A stretch of DNA of 64,000 bases from Lentisphaerota bacterium. GTDB lineage: Bacteria > Verrucomicrobiota > Kiritimatiellia > RFP12 > JAAYNR01. Position numbers and translations under genes: made by a program. How positions within the stretch are numbered: the first letter of the stretch is position 1; the number at the start of each line of letters is the position of its first letter. The notes beneath the pieces were generated by a model that searched no databases, was not told where the DNA came from, and saw nothing but the letters and a program-made list of their open reading frames with translations. The stretch is taken from the NCBI GenBank assembly GCA_016873675.1, contig VGWG01000003.1, positions 3,626 to 67,625 on the forward strand, written 5' to 3'. Shown here piece by piece: positions 29,801 to 39,186 of the stretch.

Positions 29801-30202
29801 GCCATCGGTGTCAAGAGACGCATGTTGCCAGTGGTTCCGTTCGATGCTCTCCTTGGAATCCTTATTGGGCAGGAACTTCAGAAACACCCAGGCGGCATCC
29901 CAGTTCTCGACTTCGATATCCTTGCCCGTGCAACTCGTTGCGGCTGGCTCGACCCACTTTGCCCGCCAGGACCATGACCACGACAGGTCAAACGTCACAT
30001 AACTGTAGTCCTTCGTCGCGGCCTCCCATTTCACGTTCGTGACCGCCAGGTCATAGGTCGGCGCGCCCTTGAACCGAGCGGCGGCATCGTCGTCGGCCGC
30101 GAGGCACGATGCGCCCAGCCACAACACCAACCCCGTCGTCAGTCTCACTACCCCGCGTGCGATTGGACTCCTGCCCCCCGTTGGATCATTCATCTCTCTC
30201 AT
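26873..30202 (-). CDS. Secreted two-module protein. Each module has an N-terminal Trp-rich beta-rich region plus an FGE/SUMF1-like domain.
   Basis: Signal peptide. Module 1 has TFDLSWSWSWR…ENWDAAWVFLKF and AVWAGLRPMTELEFEKACRGP. Module 2 has TFDLAWDNSWR…ESWDAAWVFVKF and TAWAGLRPPTCLEYEKACRGP. Confidence 0.7.
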   Translation of the reverse strand: MREMNDPTGGRSPIARGVVRLTTGLVLWLGASCLAADDDAAARFKGAPTYDLAVTNVKWEAATKDYSYVTFDLSWSWSWRAKWVEPAATSCTGKDIEVENWDAAWVFLKFLPNKDSKESIERNHWQHASLDTDGSHHVMPAGATNTVGVTIGGDRGLGVYIHRAAIGHGANNFKGVKLRWLHGTDKVDPTQAAIKAHVVAMIYVPEGPFRVGCGADPGFPPFTDGPTVPVAKSADGYPLGNLTDGAWRGGPTIPFLVDAEWNKPVADGTRARRLGPVAGQLWGTLTYAERMAGGTSIGTPGTLNDEYPTGYEGFYCMKYPTTQGQYADFLNSLPPDVAATRAFISGDSWDPEGGMGDMEEITMPGIAGHSSFVVRELDGFTIHSSAEAPATAPKLETMAGKPDASETMDGDHAFLADAMADPRSKYVKPPVYTARLPFRRCSYLSTADYFSYAVWAGLRPMTELEFEKACRGPARAVVRELTWGEVSDNKALTKKWKKGNKVLDLGMPTERYDGGLILDEGQATRVGNMLTADSDRQSAGATYWGLPDFAEIQAFRIGSLAGRAFRGTPGDGRTPAGKPGAPPKRIKNAPAFETAPKEWGEPTHTGMRGALISERTWIGGEHMGGTRHARNAIRLVGPSGPRRRSGGGGSPKPGPVATAAPVAVTHADSVKVTNIKVTAGAEPFRTITFDLAWDNSWRAAWEEPADKNVTGKPLKIESWDAAWVFVKFLPPGASAFSHATLDTDATHHAVPADAALQVGASDDGARGMGVFISRKTVGRGANAFKNIAVRWLHTADGVTDPATIKPEVYAVEMVYVPEGPFQSKSVFGGPLTLINTADATREGGYLGATNSAPERATWPNGYRAFYVMKNPISQGQYVALLNTANPGEKPYAYNHGRYTALCNGNVWRYGLDLTDINGYTITRTEDGVFVAKQPERPCNFLSWPDIISYTAWAGLRPPTCLEYEKACRGPRAVAREADAWTGAVCGPAVGLGTDPSLAKTFGNYGASYWGIPDLSLSGCVQEWPALIRSYGGPAKAFAGTHGKGIATVPDDWPWSAMGDSVSMGQWQGPSIIGIWVQPEQMYEVLGKFNRIDCDRTGRFGARAARTAPQ

Positions 30203-30352
30203 CCTTTCCCTGTGTCGGACGGATCTGACCGAACCATCCCCCCTTCGTGGCTTTGCGGCCTTCTGTTCAATATTCTTTTCGCTCCAAATCCTTCCCTCAA
30301 TTCGATTGATTCAATTCGTAAGGGACTACGCTAAAGGATTCTTCGCCTTCCT

Positions 30353-31852
30353 TCAGGGAGCCGTGCGCACGGCGCGGAACTTGCGAAAGTCGACCCGCTC
30401 CTTGTCCACCCGTACGGCATTGAAACGGTCGGACACGCGCGCGCGATTCCATTCCGGATAGGTCGTACATCGCATGCCTGATCCGATTCCATCGTCCTGT
30501 GGCCAATCCGCCGGCAGGGCCACCGATCCAAGGCCATGAGAGCCTTTGAACTTGCGTCCCGTCGCATTGCCGACTGTCACCACGCATTCGCTCATCGTGT
30601 CCCAGCCTTTGCCCGCTTCCCAAAGCCAGACTTGGAAGGCAGAGACACCCCAATAGGATGGGCCGGCTTCTTCCGGAATGGGAGGGCGGGGCCCCCGCAC
30701 AATCTTCTCCATTTCCAGTTCCGTCATCGGGCGCAGCCCCGCCCAAGCCATGTACGCCGCCATGTCCGCCCAGAGGAGCCGTCGTAAACCCGCCCCATTC
30801 CGAGCGCCACCCGCGTGCCACGTGTACACATAATTCGGGGACACACCCGAACGCTCGATGCTCTTGATCTCCGGACTCCAGCGGGCATCCGCCTGTGCCG
30901 GAGTCAACGTTTCCAGGAACTCGGCATAGCGCCGGGGCGTGAGGTGCTGCTTCATACAGTAAAAGGCCCGATAACCGTTGGGGAAAGCGGCAGGAATCTC
31001 GCCGCCGTCCTCCGGTTGGACGCTCTGCGCCCAGAGCTTGCCCGGCTGACGTCCGGTCGGGATCGCGTCAGCGCTCTTCACGCGGTACGGTGGATTACTC
31101 AAGCCATCCTCCGTATAGGCGTAGAACACACCTGTCTCTGTGCCGCCGGTGCCCAGGTAGAACGGCCCTTCAGCCACGTAGACCATTTCGAGGCCAAACG
31201 CCCGGATCTGCGCCCGCTGAATATCAGGGATATCCGGGATGCTCGTCAGGTCCAGAATCGCCGTAACGCCTCGGGCCTCGGCCCGACCTGCACCGTTCTT
31301 TGCCCGCCGCAGAAACAGACCCGTGAACCCGCCTGCCCCGAGCCCCGTCGAGGGATCATTGCCACGCGGCACAAGAAACTCCAACTGTGTCTCAACGCGC
31401 TCACGCGCAAAGAAGTCGAGACTGCGCTCCATGTCGCCCGACTTGCCGAAATCCGCCCGTCCCAGAAGATACCACGGCAGGAAACCGTCATTACTCGGCT
31501 GGGCAGACGGGGGTGTCGCCTGACCATAGCCTTTTGGGTTCAGCACCCGGTCGGCAGCCAGGCGGACGTGGCGCCATTCCGCCTGGGGATCATTGGCCCG
31601 AACCTTGAAAAAGACCCACGCCGCGTCGTGGTTGACCTCGTGGCGCCAGGAGCCATCCCAGGTAATGTCGAAACGAATCGTTGCGGTCTTGGCGTCACGC
31701 GCAACAACCGTCAGGTTCGTGAATCGCACTTCCGGGTCAAAGTGTCCCTCTGCGTGCACAGGCGAGACCGGAAAGGCCAGTTTGGAGGCCAGCAGCGCGC
31801 AAGCGATCCGGGCATAGGCAACGAACAAACGTTTGCCAGGCAATAGATTCAT
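30353..31852 (-). CDS. Secreted single-module FGE/SUMF1-like domain protein; paralog of its neighbours.
   Basis: Signal peptide, FDITWDGSWRHEVNHDAAWVFFKV and MAWAGLRPMTELEMEKIVRGP. Confidence 0.7.
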   Translation of the reverse strand: MNLLPGKRLFVAYARIACALLASKLAFPVSPVHAEGHFDPEVRFTNLTVVARDAKTATIRFDITWDGSWRHEVNHDAAWVFFKVRANDPQAEWRHVRLAADRVLNPKGYGQATPPSAQPSNDGFLPWYLLGRADFGKSGDMERSLDFFARERVETQLEFLVPRGNDPSTGLGAGGFTGLFLRRAKNGAGRAEARGVTAILDLTSIPDIPDIQRAQIRAFGLEMVYVAEGPFYLGTGGTETGVFYAYTEDGLSNPPYRVKSADAIPTGRQPGKLWAQSVQPEDGGEIPAAFPNGYRAFYCMKQHLTPRRYAEFLETLTPAQADARWSPEIKSIERSGVSPNYVYTWHAGGARNGAGLRRLLWADMAAYMAWAGLRPMTELEMEKIVRGPRPPIPEEAGPSYWGVSAFQVWLWEAGKGWDTMSECVVTVGNATGRKFKGSHGLGSVALPADWPQDDGIGSGMRCTTYPEWNRARVSDRFNAVRVDKERVDFRKFRAVRTAP

Positions 31853-31889
31853 AACTTTTTTCCTTTCTCCGCCAGTAACCCTCTGCTGG

Positions 31890-34800
31890 TTACTCCGGCT
31901 TGGTCACATCCAACACCAAATCATCCATAAGTTTGCCATCCTTGGCATCGCGAAACAGAACAAAGACGTTCGCCAGATTTTCGGGCTTGTCCCCATTCGC
32001 GCGACATTGAACCAGCATCGTGTTTCCGCCCTTGCGCAGGCGGAAGGTCTTCCCCTGAACGAAGTCGGAGGACTTTCGGCGTTCCTGCGCTTCGAGATGC
32101 GTATCGTACACGACATCGCCGTTGACCCAGACACGTCCGACAAAGGGCTTCGATCCAGGCGGCATGCCAAAGTCTTTACTCGCCAGCACCTTGTTGTCCA
32201 GCCAGGTCCATCCGACGGTTTCGCTCCCCACTTGAATGACCGCATCACGGTCAGCGGGCGCTGTGATGCGCGTCGCGGCGAGGACAATCGTATTCGCATC
32301 CGGCAACGGGTTGAGCTTCCCAAGCCACAGGCTGGCGCCATTTATGACCTGCTCCCAACGCTCGGGCAGTTTGCCGGACTGGAACACGTCGGCCGGTGCC
32401 GCCGCCCAGGCCGGATCATCGGATGCGGATTTTTTCTCGGGCTTCTTCATTCCGGAATTGCCCAACAATGCGTCCAGATCGTCTCCACCCCCCGGCGTCT
32501 GTGATTCATCGTTCACATCCATCGACGGACCTTTCTTCGGAAGTTGGCGTCGCCCGACCCACCACCGCGATTGAGCCCGAAGCTCTGCGGCCGTGTCGCC
32601 AGCCTGGGGAGCGCCACTGCCGACAGTAACCTGATAGCGGATCGAATAGACACCCGGGGAGACCGCCTGGCCTGGTACGGTCAAGGTTGTGCTGGCCAAG
32701 CCGCCAGGCGGGATATCGATGCGCCGATTCGTCTCGGACATCACCATACCTTGCGGCGGTTGGATCTCGATGGTCGCGGGGTGAGCGCGGTCGGTGGCAT
32801 TGGTGATCAACAGCGGCACCGCGCCACCGGTGATCACACCGACAACAGGCGGCGCCGGTGTCAACAGGGGATCTGGCAATGGCAGCCGAACCCTCTGCTC
32901 GGCCAGCACGTTGCCATCGGGCGTCTGGATCCGGCAAGACACCATCTGAACCTTGCGGATCGATCGCGCGGTCTGGCGCGTCAGCACGGTCAGTATCCGG
33001 AACGACGTACTGCTATCAGGCGCGGCTGTGAAAGCGCGCGATGCGGGTCCTTCCGGGAAACACGCGTCGGGCAGCGGCGACGCCAGTTCGACCTTCAGCG
33101 CCTTGCTTTCGGCATTGCGGAACTGTCCGGCGAGATAGAAAACGATGATGTCGGCGTTGCGCAGATCGGGCAGTGGATCCAGCTCAAGCTGGCTGTTGCT
33201 GAGCGGTTCTTTCTCTTTCTTTGCTGCCGTGGGCGCCAAGGCCGGCGCCGTACGCGCACCACGCCAGCCTTCGAAGTCATTGCTCGGAAGTGAGACGGCT
33301 TGATCGAGTATCGCGCGGCTCGTCGAGGTTTTGGAGCGGTAGGATGTGCGCGCCTGAGAGGCTTGATTGCCGAAGCAGGCGCCGCGCAGCATGATTCCAT
33401 TCCCTTCCGGCGGAGGCCAGTCGGCCGGCGCCTTCGTCACACCTCGCCCGTGCGTACCCGCGAAGCGGCGTCCGATGGCATCGCCCACCGAAACCGTCTG
33501 CTGGAATGGTCCACCGAGGTTCAGCAGCCGAATGCCCCAATATCCCGGACCGACCTCATCCGGGTTGGGTTGGCCTGGGCCGCGACAGGCTTTCTCATAT
33601 TCCAGTTCCGACATCGGCCGCAATCCCGCCCAAGCCCCGAACGCCGCGCCCTGCCACCAAGTCAACCCCACCCCTTTGGAGGGAGAGTATTTAAGGCAGA
33701 CAGGCCAATCTCCCCCGTGGAAGGCATGTGCATCCGACTGAACCTCGGACTGCATTTCGAGAAATCCGGCGAACTGGCCTTGTTTGAGCGGGAATTTCAT
33801 GCAGTAGAAAGCCTCGTAGCCAGTGGGGAACGCAGCCGGAATTTCGCCCGCATCTGTCGCGTCCGGCGTGACGCCCAAGGCCCAGAGCCGACCTTCCTGC
33901 GGACCGGTCGGGATGGCTCCGCTGTCCATAACTTGATACGGCCGTGTGTTCTGGCTGCCGTCGGTATATTGGTAGAACCGATTAGGCTCTGTCCCGCCCG
34001 ATCCCAGATAGAACGATCCCTCCGCCACATAGACCATTTCGATGCCGAAGGGTTGAATAGCGGTGTTCGGTGCCTGCGCATCGCACACGACCGTGACGCC
34101 CTTCGCCGATAGTGGCCCCGTGCCCGGCGCGGTGCGGCGCAGAAACACACCGGTGAAACCGTCCGGGCCGTCGGGCACAACGAATTCCAGCTTGGTTCCC
34201 GTCTCCTGGCCGTAGCCTGCGGGATTCAAAACCTGATCGGCGGCCAGCCTGACGTGATGCCAGTTCGTCGCGCCTTCACTGCGTGCCTTGAAGAACACCC
34301 AGGCGGCGTCATGATTGGTCGCGTTCCGCCACGATTCGTCCCAGGTAATGTCGAATCGGACCGTCGTTGTTTTGGCATCGCCTCGCTCAACCGCCACATT
34401 GTCGATGCGGAGCGCTTGATGGAACAACGTCTGCACCAGGCGCTTGAATTCGTCACGGCTCTCGGCGGGGGTGCTTGGCCTGGCAGTGCGCACACATCGA
34501 AAGCCCATGAATGATTTGTCTTTCAGTGATCCACGATCCGATACGCGCAAACAGGTTGGTGGGGACCACCAGCCGAAAACACCACATCCGCGAAGCAGAA
34601 AACTCGTCTCCCGAAGACGCCAGGCTGAATGCGTGATCGGGATGCCGTCACCATGCGTGCCCGGGAATTGACGCCCCAGTGGATTGCCGATCGTAACCGT
34701 TGGCTCAAACAGGTTTCCCGTTAACTCCATGATTCCCCAGTAGGAGGCACCCGCTCGGACCCGATCACTGTCCGGCGTGGCAAAAATTCCGCACCGTAGC

Positions 34801-36455
34801 GGCCGATTGATCTCGTTGATGGCATGGGAAACTTCTTTTCCGTTGTGCACGCTGCGCATGGTCGTCCCTGCCCAGGCGGCATTGCCGCGTTCCGCGTCGG
34901 GGCCGTTGGCGCCTTCCCAGACAACCCTTTCATTGGGCGTATAAGGGTCAACCACGGCATATCCGTCTTGAGGTGGCAGGGGCGCATTCGACCCGGCAAG
35001 CTTGTCCGTACCCCAGGCATATTCGCCGGGCACGGGCTTGAGCGGTCCGCGGCAGGCCTTCTCATATTCCAGTTCCGTCATAGGACGCAGCCCCGCCCAG
35101 GCGGCATACCGTGCGCCATCCAGATAACTGAATCCGTCGCAGGCCAGGTAGGGCGCGTCCGTGTCGTAAAGCGCCGGGGTTCCGGCAACGGCGACCTTGA
35201 TCCCGTGATGGCCAGAGCCCATGGCCCCCATCACGGCCGCTTGCTGTTTGCTGCTCAGTGTGTTGAGAAAGGCCGTGAATTCGCCCTGCGAGATTTCATA
35301 TCTCATGCAGTAGAAAGCGGCAAATCCCTTGGGAAACCCGGACGGGAGTTGCCGTCCCAGAATGCTGCTAAAGTCGTCAGCCCCGCGAATGCCGTCGCGG
35401 TTGCCAAGATACTTTGGATTCGCTCCGCCCAGCGTGAGCGCGGCTTCGCTTTCGATTCGGAACGGTTCGGTTCCGTTGCCGGCCGATAACTGGGCGGCAA
35501 CAATGGGTAACTGTTTTTTGGGGTACCCGCTAGCCGACAAATTCTCTTTCGCGGGAGGCTCCTTCTTCTTGGCCGACGGGTCGGCTTTCGGTGCAGGTTC
35601 CGACGCGCTCATTTCGTCGTCCTCGGGCGCATCTAACTCCGCCACGAGTTGGCTCTCATCGTTGGTTGCGACCACACCGTCGCCCACCCAGAAGGCCCCC
35701 TCCGGAACATAGACCATCGGAATGGCGAAAAGCGCGATCTCAATCCCATCGCTGGCGCTCTGTTTCGTCGCCGTCCCAGCTAGCGCGACATTCAACGCCT
35801 TCTCGAGATCGGGATCTCCCGCCGTGACACCCCCGCCGAAACTGGGGCCGCGCCCCCCCTTGACCTCCTGCGGGCGGGCCTTGCCCGCCGCAGCCACGGT
35901 CACCTTGTCGAGGCTGGTGACTCCATCCGCGCCGTGCAACCAGCGCAGGGTGACGCCTTTCCAGTTGTTCGGCCCGCTGCCGGGCGCATCACGATAAACA
36001 AAGACCCCGAGGCCACGCTGGCCGTCGTCGGTCGTGCCAACATCCAACCTGGCACCCGCAGGAACACCATGATGGGCGGCGTTCGTCGAGAGCGTCGCGT
36101 GCGACCACCCGTCAGCGCCAGGCTTGTGAAACTTGACGAACACCCAGGCTGCGTCCCAGTTTTCAAATTTTGCCGGACCTTTGCCGCCAAGCCTCGCATC
36201 CGGTTCGTCCCACACCGCTCGCCACGAGTGGTCCCAGGCGATGTCGAAAGCGATCATGCCGGAGCCTTTTTCGCCCGTCGGCTTGCTGATCACACTGCTG
36301 ATCCGGATGGGGTCAGCCTTGCCTGTGCCTTGAAACCGAGCGTCGGCAAAGCCTGCTTGGCCGACAGCGGGAGCCGTGGCCAACGCAAGTGCTCCGAATG
36401 CCAAGAGCAAGCCGCTGGACCGCTCCAGTTGCCGCGTGGACGATAGTTTCTTCAT
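31890..36455 (-). CDS. Secreted 1521-aa protein with two FGE/SUMF1-like modules plus an unassigned C-terminal domain of about 520 aa.
   Basis: Signal peptide MKKLSSTRQLERSSGLLLAFGALALA. It carries IAFDIAWDHSWR…ENWDAAWVFVKF with AAWAGLRPMTELEYEKACRGP, and VRFDITWDESWR…NHDAAWVFFKA with FGAWAGLRPMSELEYEKACRGP. Confidence 0.7.
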   Translation of the reverse strand: MKKLSSTRQLERSSGLLLAFGALALATAPAVGQAGFADARFQGTGKADPIRISSVISKPTGEKGSGMIAFDIAWDHSWRAVWDEPDARLGGKGPAKFENWDAAWVFVKFHKPGADGWSHATLSTNAAHHGVPAGARLDVGTTDDGQRGLGVFVYRDAPGSGPNNWKGVTLRWLHGADGVTSLDKVTVAAAGKARPQEVKGGRGPSFGGGVTAGDPDLEKALNVALAGTATKQSASDGIEIALFAIPMVYVPEGAFWVGDGVVATNDESQLVAELDAPEDDEMSASEPAPKADPSAKKKEPPAKENLSASGYPKKQLPIVAAQLSAGNGTEPFRIESEAALTLGGANPKYLGNRDGIRGADDFSSILGRQLPSGFPKGFAAFYCMRYEISQGEFTAFLNTLSSKQQAAVMGAMGSGHHGIKVAVAGTPALYDTDAPYLACDGFSYLDGARYAAWAGLRPMTELEYEKACRGPLKPVPGEYAWGTDKLAGSNAPLPPQDGYAVVDPYTPNERVVWEGANGPDAERGNAAWAGTTMRSVHNGKEVSHAINEINRPLRCGIFATPDSDRVRAGASYWGIMELTGNLFEPTVTIGNPLGRQFPGTHGDGIPITHSAWRLRETSFLLRGCGVFGWWSPPTCLRVSDRGSLKDKSFMGFRCVRTARPSTPAESRDEFKRLVQTLFHQALRIDNVAVERGDAKTTTVRFDITWDESWRNATNHDAAWVFFKARSEGATNWHHVRLAADQVLNPAGYGQETGTKLEFVVPDGPDGFTGVFLRRTAPGTGPLSAKGVTVVCDAQAPNTAIQPFGIEMVYVAEGSFYLGSGGTEPNRFYQYTDGSQNTRPYQVMDSGAIPTGPQEGRLWALGVTPDATDAGEIPAAFPTGYEAFYCMKFPLKQGQFAGFLEMQSEVQSDAHAFHGGDWPVCLKYSPSKGVGLTWWQGAAFGAWAGLRPMSELEYEKACRGPGQPNPDEVGPGYWGIRLLNLGGPFQQTVSVGDAIGRRFAGTHGRGVTKAPADWPPPEGNGIMLRGACFGNQASQARTSYRSKTSTSRAILDQAVSLPSNDFEGWRGARTAPALAPTAAKKEKEPLSNSQLELDPLPDLRNADIIVFYLAGQFRNAESKALKVELASPLPDACFPEGPASRAFTAAPDSSTSFRILTVLTRQTARSIRKVQMVSCRIQTPDGNVLAEQRVRLPLPDPLLTPAPPVVGVITGGAVPLLITNATDRAHPATIEIQPPQGMVMSETNRRIDIPPGGLASTTLTVPGQAVSPGVYSIRYQVTVGSGAPQAGDTAAELRAQSRWWVGRRQLPKKGPSMDVNDESQTPGGGDDLDALLGNSGMKKPEKKSASDDPAWAAAPADVFQSGKLPERWEQVINGASLWLGKLNPLPDANTIVLAATRITAPADRDAVIQVGSETVGWTWLDNKVLASKDFGMPPGSKPFVGRVWVNGDVVYDTHLEAQERRKSSDFVQGKTFRLRKGGNTMLVQCRANGDKPENLANVFVLFRDAKDGKLMDDLVLDVTKPE

Positions 36456-36633
36456 CGCATCTCCTTAACGATTCATGCGGGACATTGTTTCATTTTCGGG
36501 CTCTTTGTGCAAGGACCTTTGCAGACTCTGAATTCCAGGTTGACAAGCGGCGCCCGGATTCGGTAGGCTTGCGGTCTCGTTCGTTTTCCGTCTTTTGTTC
36601 TTTTGAGTCCGCGTTAGGGAAGGATGTGGGATC

Positions 36634-37338
36634 GTGACCGTCATGGAGCCATTGCTGGCATTGCAGGAGATTGATGGGCGCATTCGGGCTTTGCAGCAGG
36701 AGATTCAAGATCTGCCCGAGCGCAAAGAGCAGGAGAAGTCCCGTCTGAAGGGGGCGCTGGGCGTCCTCGCAGCCGCCCAGTCCAATCTGAAGATTACGCA
36801 GCTCACCCTAAACGCCGCCGAGGGCGAGGTGACCAACCGCAAGGAGCGGCTGGAGAAACTGCGACAGCAGCAGCAAGCGCTGAAGACCAACCGGGATTTC
36901 CAAGCCATGACCCACGAAATCACGCGGGCGATGGAGGAGGTTGAGCAGTGCGAGGCGCGGCAAATCGCCCTGATGGATGAGGTCACGCCGGCTGCGGCCC
37001 GTGTGGCGGAGGCACAGGCGAAACTCAGCGACGAGACGGAGATCGTGAACCGTTATCTGCAGGAGCTGGACCGGCGCATGGCCGACGGGCAGACGGAGTT
37101 GAGCCGGTGTCTGGCCGAACGGACCGACGCTTTGAAGGCGGTGACATCGCAACAGGCGCTGCTGGCCTACACCCGTCTGCTGCCGAAGCGCTGGCCGGTG
37201 CTCGTCCCGCTTGAGGGCGGCACGGTCTGCGGCGGCTGCCATCTGACTCAGCCCCCGCAAATGGCGCATCTCGTTCGGCGTAACGCGGGCATTGTGTCCT
37301 GCCAAACGTGCGGGAGGATTTTGTATTCGGCCGATTGA
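36634..37338 (+). CDS. C4-type zinc-ribbon/coiled-coil protein (DUF164/COG1579 family).
   Basis: It begins MTVMEPLLALQEIDGRIRALQQE and has a long coiled coil. The C-terminus has CGGCH…CQTCGRIL (zinc ribbon). Confidence 0.7.
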   Translation: MTVMEPLLALQEIDGRIRALQQEIQDLPERKEQEKSRLKGALGVLAAAQSNLKITQLTLNAAEGEVTNRKERLEKLRQQQQALKTNRDFQAMTHEITRAMEEVEQCEARQIALMDEVTPAAARVAEAQAKLSDETEIVNRYLQELDRRMADGQTELSRCLAERTDALKAVTSQQALLAYTRLLPKRWPVLVPLEGGTVCGGCHLTQPPQMAHLVRRNAGIVSCQTCGRILYSAD

Positions 37339-37349
37339 CTCTGACAGGT

Positions 37350-37728
37350 TCGCAGGAGGTGACCGACCGCCCGCGCGCGGGAGACCGCTGCACGGGAGGA
37401 AAGTCCGGACTCCAGAGGGCGGGATGCCCCGTGGTTAACGCGGGGAAGGCGCTGCCATATCGGCGCCGATGGAAAGTGCCACAGAGACATACCGCCGACG
37501 GCTTCGGCCGTCGGTAAGGGTGAAAAGGCGGTGTAAGAGACCACCGGGCGGTTGCGTAAGCGCCGTCGCCAGGCAAACCCCATCCGGAGCAAGACCAAAT
37601 AGGGAGTTTCAGGCGCTGCCCGCGCCGCCCGGCTTCGGCCGGAAGACTCCGGGTTGGTCGCATAGTCGAATGGTCGGGTGGACGCCGCAAGGTATCCAAC
37701 AGAATCCGGCTTATGATCCTCCTGCGGG
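37350..37728 (+). ncRNA. rnpB: RNase P RNA, bacterial type A.
   Basis: GGAAAGUCCGGACUCCAGAGGGC (P4 and flanks), AAGGGUGAAAAGG and ACAGAAUCCGGCUUA are universally conserved RNase P RNA blocks. The P1 stem is GCAGGAGG…CCUCCUGC. It lies directly downstream of the Zn-ribbon gene. Ends are +/- 5 nt. Confidence 0.9.
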
Positions 37729-37737
37729 CCTGTCACT

Positions 37738-38955
37738 TTAGCGCATGGTGATTGTGCTGTCACATCGTTCGCCGGGACGGCTGCCGGTGACGGTGAGAAG
37801 CACCCGGATACTCTGTGCATCGGCGGGGATCGTGAGCGGTGTGCCGGTCTGGCCCTGCACCCAGAAGATCCGGCGCATACCGGTCGCGGCATCACAAACG
37901 ATTTGGATGGTCATGTCGCGGTACAGGATGGACTGGGTGAACACCTGCGGGCGTGCCTTGCCGCATTGAACGATGATCTGCACGGCAGGACCGGTGTCCC
38001 TGCTGGGTGCCAGAGCCTTGGAGGTGATCTGGAACGTCGCCTCCAACTGTTTGGCCGACGGGACCAACCAGCGAATCGCCTTGCCCATCCACACGAGATC
38101 ACGCATATCGACGGACCGCTGGGCGACCACGCGCACCCCATCGGCTCGGATCTGGCCGAGTTCCTTGTCAAACGTGAGCGACAGTTCGTCGGGCAGGTCG
38201 GGATGGTCAAAAAGCGATCCCTCCTGAGCGTAGCTGGCGACTTTATCGAGCGTCCACGTGCGCCAGGGGGCTTCGGCCCGCGCGCCGGATGTTTCCTCAG
38301 CCGGACCGCCCTGCATGGGCGGCACCCGTCCCAACCGTTCAAGCGCGCGGCTTTCGATCGCGACGAACAGCTGATTCTCGGCCAGCATCTTGCGCCAGTA
38401 ATCGGCCTCCTTTTTGACGAGCACCGCATCGGAGATGCGGTTGCGGATCGTCAGATCTTTGATGATCGCATCGAGCCGTGCGGTGAGCCGCGCGGTGAGA
38501 TCGGCAAGCTGCTTGTTTCGAAGTTCGGCCTGGTCCACTCGGCTCTTCAGATAGGCGTCCTGCAACTGGCGGAGCACCGCAGGCGTTTTGACCAGCGCGG
38601 ATTCGGGCATCTCGGGAACCAGTTCAAACGGATCGGCGTCGCCCGTGATGGCCTTGATGAACCGATCCGTCTCATCCCTGATGGCCAGAATGCCTTCCAG
38701 ATCACCGGCGTCCTGCAACCTGCGTCTGACCACCGCGAGCTGGTTCGTGTAATTACGCGGCGGAGCGGCCACCATTTCCTCGTGCTGGCTTTGGATCTTG
38801 GCGCACTCGGCATCAAACACCGCCAGCGCTTGGACGACTTCGGGGTGCGTTCCGTTCTGGGCGGCTGCGGACACAGCCAGCGCAAGTGCAGCGCACAGCG
38901 CCCCACACCCGGTCAAGGCCGCACGAACTGGTTGAAGAATAGTCATAATGGGCAT
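37738..38955 (-). CDS. Hypothetical secreted protein.
   Basis: Start at MPIMTIL with a signal peptide (AALTGCGALCAALALAVSAAAQ). It is alpha-helical and charged; no domain was recognised. It is divergent from the sigma54 regulator gene. Confidence 0.5.
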   Translation of the reverse strand: MPIMTILQPVRAALTGCGALCAALALAVSAAAQNGTHPEVVQALAVFDAECAKIQSQHEEMVAAPPRNYTNQLAVVRRRLQDAGDLEGILAIRDETDRFIKAITGDADPFELVPEMPESALVKTPAVLRQLQDAYLKSRVDQAELRNKQLADLTARLTARLDAIIKDLTIRNRISDAVLVKKEADYWRKMLAENQLFVAIESRALERLGRVPPMQGGPAEETSGARAEAPWRTWTLDKVASYAQEGSLFDHPDLPDELSLTFDKELGQIRADGVRVVAQRSVDMRDLVWMGKAIRWLVPSAKQLEATFQITSKALAPSRDTGPAVQIIVQCGKARPQVFTQSILYRDMTIQIVCDAATGMRRIFWVQGQTGTPLTIPADAQSIRVLLTVTGSRPGERCDSTITMR

Positions 38956-39186
38956 GCTCTCGTAAAAAAACGTCAGAAAATTATCACAAGCGGCGGACGG
39001 ATTCAACCTAAAACCGACACCCCTTGCAATCGCTTTCCCTCGACCGCAGGCTCGCCTCTTTTTCCTATGCTTGCAATTCTCACCCAGTCGCGATATCCTC
39101 AATCCCGAAAAACGGTGGAGTCGTGATCATGATGTCTTGTGTCTTTGTGACTTTTCCTGCTTGAAAAATACACATACGGAGCCGAT

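Noticed and set aside
37025-37895. Minus-strand ORFs 37025-37699 and 37248-37895.
   Set aside because: They overlap the RNase P RNA gene. There is no coding signal, and conserved RNA blocks explain the sequence.
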